This document shows positions 27,607 to 36,168 of a stretch of 64,000 nt of DNA, in pieces; the first letter of the stretch is position 1, and each line of letters opens with the position of its first letter. The position numbers were made by a program, and so were the translations under genes. This DNA is from Candidatus Cloacimonadales bacterium (GTDB taxonomy: Bacteria > Cloacimonadota > Cloacimonadia > Cloacimonadales > JAFGVF01): the NCBI GenBank assembly GCA_963677495.2, contig CAXXOU010000003.1, forward strand, positions 1 through 64,000. Reading direction: 5' to 3'. A model generated the notes under the pieces. That model ran no database searches. It saw nothing but the letters and a program-made list of their open reading frames with translations, and was not told the origin of the DNA.

Positions 27607-28812
27607 ATGCCTGACAAAAAACGCATTTTAGTTATCAACTGCGGGAGCTCTTCCCTCAAGTATGAAGTTTACCGTATGCCTGACAGAGTTAGTTTAGGTA
27701 AAGGTTTAGTTGAGCGTATTGGTTTGGATGAAGGTAAAATCACCCAGAAAACAGAGAAAGGAACTTATGAGAAGGTTCAGCACATCAAAGATCATGCAGT
27801 AGCTATGGAGTTAGTTACAGCAGCACTGGTTGAAGAGGAACTTGGTATGCTGGAGTCAATTGACCAAATCTTTGGTGTTGGACACAGAGTTGTGCATGGT
27901 GGAGAGGACTATTCCGCATCAGTTGTTATTGATGATAAAGTAATCAAAGCTATCGAGGATAACTCTAAGCTTGCTCCTCTTCATAATCCTGCAAACCTTA
28001 CAGGTATTCGAGAAGCGATGAAGATGCTTCCAAATGCAAAGCAAGTTGCTGTTTTTGACACAGCTTTCCATCAGACTATGCCACCATCAGCATATCTTTA
28101 CGGGCTCCCAAGAGAACTTTATGATAAATATAAAATCAGACGTTACGGTTTCCATGGCACAAGTCATCGTTTTGTAGCAGGTGAGGCGTTGAAAATGCTT
28201 AAGCGCGTTCCTGAAAATACAAACATGATTACATGCCACCTCGGAAACGGCGCATCTATTACTGCAATCCAACGTGGGGAGTCTGTTGATACTTCTATGG
28301 GCTTCACTCCTCTTGAAGGGCTGCTTATGGGCACCAGAAGTGGTGATTTAGACCCAAGCATCATCCCTTACCTTCATGATTGTGGCTATAGTGTTGAAGA
28401 GATAAATACAATGCTCAATAAAAAGAGTGGATTACTCGGGCTCAGCACAATCTCAAGTGACTTAAGAGACGTTGAAGAAGCTGCTGAGAAAGGTGATGAG
28501 AATGCACAACAAGCTTTAGAAGCGTTTGCTTACAGAGTAAGAAAATATATTGGAGCCTATTCTGCTAATCTCGTGAGAGTTGATGCTATTGTATTTACAG
28601 GTGGAATTGGTGAACATGCAATTAAAATGAGACGTCGCATTTGCCGTAACCTTCAAAATATCGGTATCCACATGAGTAAAGAGCTCAACCGTCACGTAGG
28701 TCACGGTTCAGGTGTTATTTCAGAACCTTACTCACCTACTCAGATACTTGTTATTCCTACTAATGAGGAATTACAGATAGCCTGTGATAGCTATGATTTA
28801 ATTTTTGGTTAG
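27607..28812 (+). CDS. ackA: Acetate kinase
   Basis: ILVINCGSSSLK, GHRVVHGG, APLHN, FDTAFH, YGFHGTSH, TNEE. Start moved to MPDKK. Confidence 0.96.
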   Translation: MPDKKRILVINCGSSSLKYEVYRMPDRVSLGKGLVERIGLDEGKITQKTEKGTYEKVQHIKDHAVAMELVTAALVEEELGMLESIDQIFGVGHRVVHGGEDYSASVVIDDKVIKAIEDNSKLAPLHNPANLTGIREAMKMLPNAKQVAVFDTAFHQTMPPSAYLYGLPRELYDKYKIRRYGFHGTSHRFVAGEALKMLKRVPENTNMITCHLGNGASITAIQRGESVDTSMGFTPLEGLLMGTRSGDLDPSIIPYLHDCGYSVEEINTMLNKKSGLLGLSTISSDLRDVEEAAEKGDENAQQALEAFAYRVRKYIGAYSANLVRVDAIVFTGGIGEHAIKMRRRICRNLQNIGIHMSKELNRHVGHGSGVISEPYSPTQILVIPTNEELQIACDSYDLIFG

Positions 28813-28831
28813 ACTCAAGAAAGAGTGAATT

Positions 28832-28865
28832 GAAAGGGTGCTTCGATTGAAGTACCCTTTCTTTT
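28832..28865 (+). terminator. Rho-independent terminator
   Basis: GAAAGGGTGCTTC-GATT-GAAGTACCCTTTC followed by TTTT. Confidence 0.8.
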
Positions 28866-28942
28866 ATAAATTAATTTCTTGACGAATAAAAAAATGGGAT
28901 ATAAACAATAGTTATATACTCATTGGTACGAAGGAGGATACT

Positions 28943-31240
28943 ATGAAACGCATTACATTATTAATTTTAGTCCTGAGTCTTTGCCTTGTTACCCTGTCCG
29001 CACATGGTGGTCACAAACACGGAGTTCTAATTGTAGAAGTTATATCCGGTAACAAAACAGTAGCAGATGCAAAGATTGAGCTTTATCAAAATGACAAGTA
29101 TGCAGAAATTAGTGGTAAAACCGACAAAAAGGGAACCTGTGTTATCAGAGATGTCCCTGTTGGTGATTTCGAAGTAAGAGTTTCTAAGAAGGGATATGAA
29201 CCATTGAAACTGGAAACAGAAATTAAACCTTATGTCAATTCTAAACTTAAGGCTGAACTGATACCTAAGGGAAAACAGGAGACAGGTACACTCGCTGTAA
29301 AAGTAAAAAATGAGAAGGGTGAACTACTATCTTATGTAAATGTTGTTCTTTACAAAGATGGGAAAAACACTCAGATTGCTGGAAGGACAAAGAAGAATGG
29401 TACTTGTACAATCACCAATATCCCACCGGATGTGTATGAAGTTCGAGTAAGTAAAATGTCTTATTTAAGAGCGACCATTGATAAACTTGAGATACACGCA
29501 GGTAAAAATAATGTTCAAAGTGTGATATTGAGACAGAAGAGTGTTGGAATGGAGGGCGTAACTGTTAAAGGCGAGAAACCCAAAGTAGTGACTCATATTC
29601 TTCATTCATACCCAGGTTATGATAATGATATTGAAGAGATTGATACCATTGAATCGACAGCTTTAGCACCTCAATCCGGTACTCGCGTACGCGGAGGTCG
29701 TAAAGGGGAAGTAGTATATTCTGTTGATGGTATGTCTGTCGGGCAACCCCAACAGAGGAGAATGCCTAAAAGAGATAATCGTTATCACAACTATGATCCT
29801 ATCCCTAATGCAGTTGAGTTTGAAGAGATAACTTCAAACGAGTTCAAAACACCGGAAGAGGAACCATATTCAACTTTTTCAATTGATGTGGATACAGGTT
29901 CTTACACCGCTGTTCGTAGAATGCTGAATGATGGTTATCTTCCAAGAAAGGATATGATTCGTATAGAAGAGATGATAAACTACTTTGACTATGATTATGT
30001 TCAACCGGGAAAAAGAGATCCATTTAGCATTAACACAGAAGTGGGAGTCTGTCCTTGGGAAAAAGAGCATTACCTTGTGCATATTGGTTTGCAAGGCAAA
30101 GAACTTAATAAAGATGAGACTCCTCCAAGTAACCTCGTATTCTTAGTTGATGTTTCCGGTTCAATGGGATCACACAATAAACTACCTCTTGTTCAGAAAT
30201 CTTTGAAAATGCTTACCAAACAGTTACGACCGGAAGATACTGTTTCTATCGTTACTTATGCCGGTGCTGAGAGATTGGCTTTAGAAGCTACTAAGGGTGA
30301 TAATAAGCAAAAGATAATAGAAGCAATTGATAACCTCAGATCAGGTGGTGGAACTGCCGGAGAACGTGGAATCAGATTAGCTTACAGAATAGCTAAAGAA
30401 AACCTTCTTAAAAAAGGAAACAATAGAATAATTCTTTGCTCAGATGGAGATTTCAATGTTGGTGTTTCTAGTACTGATGAACTTGTGAAGATGGTTAAGA
30501 AGGAGAATAAAAACAATATCTTCCTGACTATCCTCGGATTTGGAATGGATAACCTTAAAGATAATAGACTTGAATCAATCGCAAACAAGTGCAATGGTAA
30601 TTATGGCTATATCGATAGTATTATTGAAGCTAAGAAAACTTTTGTAACTGAGCTAGTCGGTTCTCTATATACAATAGCTAAAGATGTTAAGATTCAAGTT
30701 GAATTCAATCCGGTTCATGTAGAAGCTTACAGACTTATTGGCTATGTTAATCGCAAGCTTGCAGCAGAGGACTTCAATGACGATAAGAAAGATGCTGGAG
30801 AACTGGGAGCAGGGCATACAGTAACAGCACTTTATGAAGTTGTACCTGCCGGGTCAAACTCAAACTTCCGTAAAGTTGACCCAACTCGATACCAACGCAA
30901 ACCTAAGCCAGAACCACCTAAAGTTTACGATTCTCACATTGATGAGCTATTGTTTGTGAAGCTTAGATACAAAGAGCCTAAGGGCACTAAAAGCAAGCTT
31001 ATCGAAAGAGCTGTACCTGATGTAGTTAAAACTTTGAAGAGAACAAGTGAGAACTTCCGTTTTTCAGCAGCTGTTACTGCTTATGGATTCATGCTTCAAG
31101 ATAGTGAGTTCAAAGGGAATACAGACTGGCAACTTGTTAAGAAGCTTGCAAAGAATTCCCTCGGAGAAGACAAGTACGGTTACCGTGCAGAATTCATGCA
31201 ATTAGTTGAAAAAGCTGAGTTGTTGCAGGAGAATCAGTAG
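28943..31240 (+). CDS. YfbK-like von Willebrand factor A protein with two N-terminal carboxypeptidase-regulatory-like domains
   Basis: Signal peptide; STFSIDVDTGSY; RIEEMINYF; MIDAS motif DVSGS; SDGDFNVG; DUF3520-like end RAEFMQLV. Confidence 0.9.
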   Translation: MKRITLLILVLSLCLVTLSAHGGHKHGVLIVEVISGNKTVADAKIELYQNDKYAEISGKTDKKGTCVIRDVPVGDFEVRVSKKGYEPLKLETEIKPYVNSKLKAELIPKGKQETGTLAVKVKNEKGELLSYVNVVLYKDGKNTQIAGRTKKNGTCTITNIPPDVYEVRVSKMSYLRATIDKLEIHAGKNNVQSVILRQKSVGMEGVTVKGEKPKVVTHILHSYPGYDNDIEEIDTIESTALAPQSGTRVRGGRKGEVVYSVDGMSVGQPQQRRMPKRDNRYHNYDPIPNAVEFEEITSNEFKTPEEEPYSTFSIDVDTGSYTAVRRMLNDGYLPRKDMIRIEEMINYFDYDYVQPGKRDPFSINTEVGVCPWEKEHYLVHIGLQGKELNKDETPPSNLVFLVDVSGSMGSHNKLPLVQKSLKMLTKQLRPEDTVSIVTYAGAERLALEATKGDNKQKIIEAIDNLRSGGGTAGERGIRLAYRIAKENLLKKGNNRIILCSDGDFNVGVSSTDELVKMVKKENKNNIFLTILGFGMDNLKDNRLESIANKCNGNYGYIDSIIEAKKTFVTELVGSLYTIAKDVKIQVEFNPVHVEAYRLIGYVNRKLAAEDFNDDKKDAGELGAGHTVTALYEVVPAGSNSNFRKVDPTRYQRKPKPEPPKVYDSHIDELLFVKLRYKEPKGTKSKLIERAVPDVVKTLKRTSENFRFSAAVTAYGFMLQDSEFKGNTDWQLVKKLAKNSLGEDKYGYRAEFMQLVEKAELLQENQ

Positions 31241-31253
31241 TCTACATTATTAT

Positions 31254-31290
31254 AAAAGCATCTGCATTTCTTAAGTGCTGATGCTTTTTT
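31254..31290 (+). terminator. Rho-independent terminator
   Basis: AAAAGCATC-TGCA...TGC-TGATGCTTTTTT. Confidence 0.65.
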
Positions 31291-31348
31291 ACTATACGTA
31301 AAATGACTTATTAATTATCTTACACCTATTATGTTACAAAGGAATCAG

Positions 31349-31549
31349 ATGCAAGGTACAATAAGAAACAATATAAAACCGGGATTACATGTTAGAATAG
31401 TCCTTAAACAGGATCAAAGAACCGGTAAACTCACTGAGGGAGTAGTAAAAAGAATTCTCACTAATTCGCAGAGACATCCACATGGGATCAAAGTCATGCT
31501 AACCGATGGTCAAGTAGGACGAGTAAAGGAGATTTTAAATGAAGAATAA
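31349..31549 (+). CDS. YwbE family protein (DUF2196)
   Basis: IKPGLHVRIVLKQDQRTGKLTEGVV...HPHGIKVML.DGQVGRV. Confidence 0.9.
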   Translation: MQGTIRNNIKPGLHVRIVLKQDQRTGKLTEGVVKRILTNSQRHPHGIKVMLTDGQVGRVKEILNEE

Positions 31550-31994
31550 CGATATATTGAGAAGATTAAGATATACATTTGACTTGAATGATGATGCTTT
31601 GATGAGAATTTTCCAACATGCCAATGTTGTTGCCACTCGTGAAGAGATTTGCGATTGGCTTAAGAAAGATGATGACCCTAATTACAAAGAGATTAGTGAC
31701 ACTAAGATGGTTGCTTTCCTCGATGGTTTTATTGTATCTAAACGTGGGCCGAGTGATAAGAAGATTGTCTCTGAGTATCTTATCAACAACAACATAGTTC
31801 TCAGAAAGCTAAAGATTGCTCTCAAGTTACAAGCAGAAGATATGCTTGAAATGCTCAAATTAGCTGATTTCTCTATTAGTAAACATGAGCTTAGTGCTTT
31901 CTTCCGACGTATTGATCATAAGCATTTTAGGCTTTGTAATGATCAAATCCTCAGACGCTTCTTGAAAGGATTGCAGATTAAGTATAAGAAATAA
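31539..31994 (+). CDS. YehS / DUF1456 family protein
   Basis: MKNNDILRRLRY...NNIVLRKLKIAL...SKHELSAFFR...DQILRRFLKGL. Confidence 0.9.
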   Translation: MKNNDILRRLRYTFDLNDDALMRIFQHANVVATREEICDWLKKDDDPNYKEISDTKMVAFLDGFIVSKRGPSDKKIVSEYLINNNIVLRKLKIALKLQAEDMLEMLKLADFSISKHELSAFFRRIDHKHFRLCNDQILRRFLKGLQIKYKK

Positions 31995-32035
31995 TCATTT
32001 ACAAAGCGAATTGCAATGACTTACAGCTAATTCCT

Positions 32036-32130
32036 GTCACCAGTGCGAGTTTACGAGCTTGGGGAAATGGAATTATACTTCGAAGTCGCATTTCCCCAAG
32101 CTCCTTTCAGTCGCACAGGTGACTGCTTCA
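32036..32130. repeat. REP-like palindrome, family A, copy 2
   Basis: Perfect 15-bp IR GAGCTTGGGGAAATG (32055-32069) / CATTTCCCCAAGCTC (32089-32103), plus an outer 12/13 IR. Confidence 0.8.
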
Positions 32131-32324
32131 TAACTGCACACACAAAAGATAAGTCAATACTAGAAATGTTAATCAACTAAAGCCATCAGAACGACCCATT
32201 CGACTCCGTTCATTTCGTTTCACTTCATTCACTTCGCTCAGGGTGACATACACAGTGCCTTTTTCAATCACTTAGCTATATCTATTGCCCTTTTTACTCT
32301 CTTTAACTCCCCTATCCATCAACG

Positions 32325-32414
32325 CACTGCGTTTGCACTGTGCACGCACTGTGAAGGCACTGTCAACCCACTGTTTCACTGAGTGCACAGTGCGTGCACA
32401 GTGGGAAAGCAGTG
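32325..32414. repeat. 11-bp-phased CACTG array with an inverted CAGTG half
   Basis: CACTG at 32325, 32336, 32347, 32358 and 32369; CAGTG at 32388, 32399 and 32410. Confidence 0.85.
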
Positions 32415-32554
32415 GGATGACTGCGTTTTGACTTATGGATTGCAGCAACTGCGTAGATGCAAGAATTATGCACCAGATAAATCCTAAGAAGAGCTGGTTG
32501 AAACAAACAGGGACAAACAGATTGCATAAAAAATCAGCAAGCAACAAAAAAGAC

Positions 32555-32598
32555 TTGACGTGAACATATGTTCATTTAAATATGTGAACATATGTTCA
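32555..32598 (+). promoter_or_regulatory. Promoter (-35 TTGACG) overlapped by two perfect palindromic operators TGAACATATGTTCA
   Basis: Palindromes at 32561-32574 and 32585-32598, immediately before the RBS of the DUF134 gene. Confidence 0.8.
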
Positions 32599-32612
32599 TA
32601 AGAGGAGAGTGA

Positions 32613-33116
32613 ATGGATAGAACGAGAAAATGCAGAATGGTGAAGAACCCACCTAAACACAACCTTTTCAAACCTACTGGCGTAGCGATTAATGATTTGG
32701 AAGTGATTAACCTGACAATTGATGAGTTTGAAGCAATCAGATTGGCAGATTTAGAGGGTTTAGACCAGCAGGAAGCATCAGAAAGAATGGGGATTTCCCG
32801 TCCAACATTCACCCGTTTGATTCAAAAAGCCCGGCTTAAAGTAGCTACATTTTTAGTCGAGAGTAGGGGCTTGAATATTGAAGGTGGGAATATTCATTTT
32901 AAGAAAGATATAGTAGAGTGCCTTGATTGTGGCACGAGAATAGAAATTGAGTTCGAAAATAAAGATGTCAAATGTCCAAATTGCGGAAGTACTAACTTTG
33001 CCAGCATAGCTGCGAAGTATGGTCATGGCAGATGTTGCAGGAATCGTAACCGTGGAGGGCAAATGCACGGTCATGGTCGTCATTGTGGGCAAGGACAAAA
33101 CAAGCAACCTAAGTAA
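32613..33116 (+). CDS. DUF134 (UPF0251) HTH DNA-binding protein with C-terminal Zn ribbon
   Basis: FKP...LTIDEFEAIRLADLEGLDQQEASERMGISRPTF; CLDCG...CPNCGS. Confidence 0.92.
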   Translation: MDRTRKCRMVKNPPKHNLFKPTGVAINDLEVINLTIDEFEAIRLADLEGLDQQEASERMGISRPTFTRLIQKARLKVATFLVESRGLNIEGGNIHFKKDIVECLDCGTRIEIEFENKDVKCPNCGSTNFASIAAKYGHGRCCRNRNRGGQMHGHGRHCGQGQNKQPK

Positions 33117-33132
33117 CCTAATGGAGGAAACA

Positions 33133-33396
33133 ATGCCAAGAGGAGACAAAACAGGTCCTAACGGACAAGGTCCAATGACCGGAAGGCAAATGGGAAACTG
33201 TAATCCTAATGCCGGAACCGGACGTAGAACCTTTGGTTTTGGAAGACGCTGTGGTGGTGGAAGAGGTTATAGAAATGGATATGGTTATGCACCTATCTCA
33301 GAAGCTTCAGAAAAGAAAGCACTTGAAGCAGAAGTATCTATGCTTAAAGACCAATTAGCAGCAATGGAAAGCAAACTTAGTGAATTAACAAAGTAG
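33133..33396 (+). CDS. DUF5320 family protein
   Basis: MPRGDKTGPNGQGPMTGR.MG.C, Gly/Arg-rich middle, C-terminal coiled coil; RBS GGAGG. Confidence 0.88.
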   Translation: MPRGDKTGPNGQGPMTGRQMGNCNPNAGTGRRTFGFGRRCGGGRGYRNGYGYAPISEASEKKALEAEVSMLKDQLAAMESKLSELTK

Positions 33397-33455
33397 TTAA
33401 CTAAATGAAAATGGGCAGGATCAACCCTGCCCAGACGAATTCGAAGGAAGTACCG

Positions 33456-33704
33456 ATGAATAGAAGAGAGTATAAACATCGAAACAAACGGATGAAAACA
33501 TCCGGGAATACACTGTCTGCCTTGTTAAGAGGGATTTCTCATACTGTAGCTTCCTTTATTGCTGTCGGAGTCGCAAATGACTTGCGAAAGGAGAATAGCA
33601 AAATCAGAAACACAATAAAGAAACTTTTAGAAAATAAAAACAAGACCAAAGTCGTAAAACCGAAATACAAGGTTTATGACATGAATGGTAAGGAGAAAAA
33701 ATGA
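33456..33704 (+). CDS. Small basic hypothetical protein
   Basis: RBS AAGGA; stop overlaps the next start (ATGA); lies inside the operon. Confidence 0.55.
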   Translation: MNRREYKHRNKRMKTSGNTLSALLRGISHTVASFIAVGVANDLRKENSKIRNTIKKLLENKNKTKVVKPKYKVYDMNGKEKK

Positions 33705-34069
33705 ATAAGAAGATAGCAATTCCAACAACAGGCGGAAAACTCAGTGCACATTTCGGTCATTGCGAGAAATTCGCAATATTTGTAGTAGAAGACAGCAAAA
33801 TCGTTTCAAATGAAATGATTACTCCTCCCCCACATGAACCCGGTTCTCACCCTAAATTCCTCAGAGAATTAGGTTGTGATGTAATCATTGGTGGTGGTAT
33901 GGGCACAAGAGCACAGAACCTTTTTGCTCAAAACAATATTGAAGTTTTTATAGGTGTTCCTGATGTAGCTTTAGAAGAGCTTGTAAACACATACATTGCT
34001 AACGAGCTAAAATCAGGTGATAACCTTTGTGGTCATGAAGATGGTCATGATCATGAGTGCCAACACTAA
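33701..34069 (+). CDS. NifB/NifX family Fe-Mo cluster-binding protein with a His/Cys tail
   Basis: KIAIPT...SAHFGHCEKF...GGMG.RA; tail LCGHEDGHDHECQH. Confidence 0.9.
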   Translation: MNKKIAIPTTGGKLSAHFGHCEKFAIFVVEDSKIVSNEMITPPPHEPGSHPKFLRELGCDVIIGGGMGTRAQNLFAQNNIEVFIGVPDVALEELVNTYIANELKSGDNLCGHEDGHDHECQH

Positions 34070-34089
34070 ATCATTATAGAAGGCTTGAA

Positions 34090-34947
34090 ATGAAAATAGC
34101 TATTGCCAGCGGAAAAGGTGGAACTGGTAAAACCACTGTTTCAACTAATCTGGCACATTATCTAAGTAAAACACAACCTGTAGTCTTAGTTGACCTTGAT
34201 GTTGAAGAACCAAATTCTGCACTCTTCATCAAAGGGAATGAGACTAAGCATACAGATATGTTTAAGTTTATTCCGGAATGGGAATCTAGTAAATGTACGC
34301 TCTGTGGGGAATGTCAAGGGCATTGTAATTTTAATGCAATAATGAAGTTGGGAGAGACCATTATGGTCTTTCCTGAACTTTGTCATAGTTGTTATGCTTG
34401 TAGCGAGTTATGCCCTACAGCTTCATTACCAATGAAACCAACAAAGATGGGACAGATGAATTCAACAATCATTGATAACCTTTCTTTTATAGAAGGCAAA
34501 CTGGATATTGGACAAGAGCAAGCAGTTCCTCTAATTGCACAGGTGATGGGAACAGTTGAAGAGGTCTATGACAATGAAATTATCAGGCTTTTCGATTCTC
34601 CTCCGGGTACATCCTGTCCAGTTATTGAAGTAACAAAAGAAAGCGACTTTGTGTTACTTGTGACGGAACCAACACCTTTTGGATTTCATGACTTGAAATT
34701 AGCTGTTGAGACAATGGAAGAGATTGGTAAGAAATATGCAGTTATCATTAATCGTCATGGCATAGGATCAAACGAAGTCGAAGACTATTGTGAAGTGAAC
34801 AATATAGATATTGTAGCAAAGATACCAAATGACAGAGATATTGCTGTGCTTTATTCAGAAGGGAATTTGATTTATCCTAAACACAAAGGATTCTTGCAAG
34901 CTCTAATGGACATTGAAAAATATATCAATAGGCTGGAGGTAAACTAA
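34090..34947 (+). CDS. MinD/CobQ-superfamily P-loop ATPase with inserted 4Fe-4S ferredoxin domain
   Basis: SGKGGTGKTT, DLDVEEPN, CTLCGEC...CHSCYAC, DSPPGTSCP, TEPTPFG. Confidence 0.9.
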   Translation: MKIAIASGKGGTGKTTVSTNLAHYLSKTQPVVLVDLDVEEPNSALFIKGNETKHTDMFKFIPEWESSKCTLCGECQGHCNFNAIMKLGETIMVFPELCHSCYACSELCPTASLPMKPTKMGQMNSTIIDNLSFIEGKLDIGQEQAVPLIAQVMGTVEEVYDNEIIRLFDSPPGTSCPVIEVTKESDFVLLVTEPTPFGFHDLKLAVETMEEIGKKYAVIINRHGIGSNEVEDYCEVNNIDIVAKIPNDRDIAVLYSEGNLIYPKHKGFLQALMDIEKYINRLEVN

Positions 34948-35825
34948 TGAAAGAATTGGTGATAATCTCCGGTAAAGGTGGAACAGGTAAAACTTCTATT
35001 ACTGCCTCTTTTGCTGTATTAGCCGGTAAACAAGCTGTAATTGCAGACTGCGATGTAGATGCCGCTGATATGCATCTCTTGCTTGAGCCTAATTGGCAGG
35101 AATCAGATGACTTCTATAGTGGTGTTGCTGCTGAAATAGATGCAGAGAAATGTATCAACTGTGGAAAGTGTAAAGCAATATGTCGTTTCAATGCAATCAC
35201 CGAGCAAGAAACTGCCCATGAAGTAATAAACCTTAACTGTGAGGGATGTGGCTATTGTGCAACTATATGCCCGACAAACGCGATAAAAATGATAGAACAG
35301 AATGTAGGTAAATGGTATAGTTCAAAAATTAAGACAGGCACAGAAATGATACATGCCAGATTACGTAGTGGTGCAGATAACTCGGGAAAGCTCGTAGCTA
35401 AGGTGAAGAAAGAAGCAAAAGCTAAAGCTGAAGAGCTGAAAGTACCTTATGTAATAGTTGATGGATCACCCGGAATCGGATGCCCGGTCGTCTCATCATT
35501 ATCAGGAGCGGATTATGTGCTCTTTATTACAGAGCCAACAGTATCTGGTGTACATGATTTGGAACGGGTACATGCTCTTGTTAAGAAGTTTGGAATTAGA
35601 TCAGGTTGCATGATAAACAAAGCTGACTTAAATGGTGAGATTAGTGGGGACATAATCACATTCTTAAATCGTAACTTAATTGATCATCTTGGAAACATCC
35701 CTTATGATGAAAGCTTCACAAAAGCTATGACTGAGGGGAAAACTATAGTAGAGTTGAAAGACTCAATGCTTGCAGAAATGCTTAGTGCAAGCTGGAAAAC
35801 ATTAAAAGAGAAATTGGAGAAATAA
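34947..35825 (+). CDS. Second MinD/CobQ-superfamily P-loop ATPase with 4Fe-4S domain
   Basis: SGKGGTGKTS, DCDVDAAD, CINCGKC...CEGCGYC, DGSPGIGCP. Confidence 0.9.
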   Translation: MKELVIISGKGGTGKTSITASFAVLAGKQAVIADCDVDAADMHLLLEPNWQESDDFYSGVAAEIDAEKCINCGKCKAICRFNAITEQETAHEVINLNCEGCGYCATICPTNAIKMIEQNVGKWYSSKIKTGTEMIHARLRSGADNSGKLVAKVKKEAKAKAEELKVPYVIVDGSPGIGCPVVSSLSGADYVLFITEPTVSGVHDLERVHALVKKFGIRSGCMINKADLNGEISGDIITFLNRNLIDHLGNIPYDESFTKAMTEGKTIVELKDSMLAEMLSASWKTLKEKLEK

Positions 35826-36163
35826 TGAAGATAGCTTTTACTGCTAAGGGAGAAAGCTGGGATTCAGCAATAGACCCTAGATTTGGTAGAACTGAATATA
35901 TCGTAGTTTTTGATGAAGAAACGAAAGAACTCACAACAGTAGATAATCGTAGCATTGCTCAAGTAGAGCATGGTGCAGGTCCTAAAACTGCTCAGTTAAT
36001 ATTCGATGTAAACCCTGATATACTTATAACAGGAAACGGTCCTGGTGGAAACGCAGCTAGTGTGCTTGCTAAAGCCAATCTTAAGGTTTATGTAGGTGCT
36101 GGAGAGATGAATCTTAAAGATGCTTATCAAGCTTATAAAGATGGTAATCTTAAAGAGGGATAG
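35825..36163 (+). CDS. NifB/NifX family protein
   Basis: MKIAF...DPRFGR...HGAG...ITGN.PG. Confidence 0.88.
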   Translation: MKIAFTAKGESWDSAIDPRFGRTEYIVVFDEETKELTTVDNRSIAQVEHGAGPKTAQLIFDVNPDILITGNGPGGNAASVLAKANLKVYVGAGEMNLKDAYQAYKDGNLKEG

Positions 36164-36168
36164 AATAG

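Noticed and set aside
32325..32414. CRISPR array
   Set aside because: The period is 11 bp with 5-bp cores; there are no 23-47-bp repeats with unique spacers and no cas genes.
32272..32812. Minus-strand ORFs 32272-32547 and 32576-32812
   Set aside because: The first is a translation of the 11-bp array; the second is antisense to DUF134.
33412..33432. Hairpin TGGGCAGG-ATCAA-CCCTGCCCA as a terminator
   Set aside because: No U-tract and it lies inside an operon; more likely an mRNA stability element.
33701..36163. Nitrogen fixation genes
   Set aside because: Only stand-alone NifB/NifX-like domains; no nifHDK or radical-SAM NifB.
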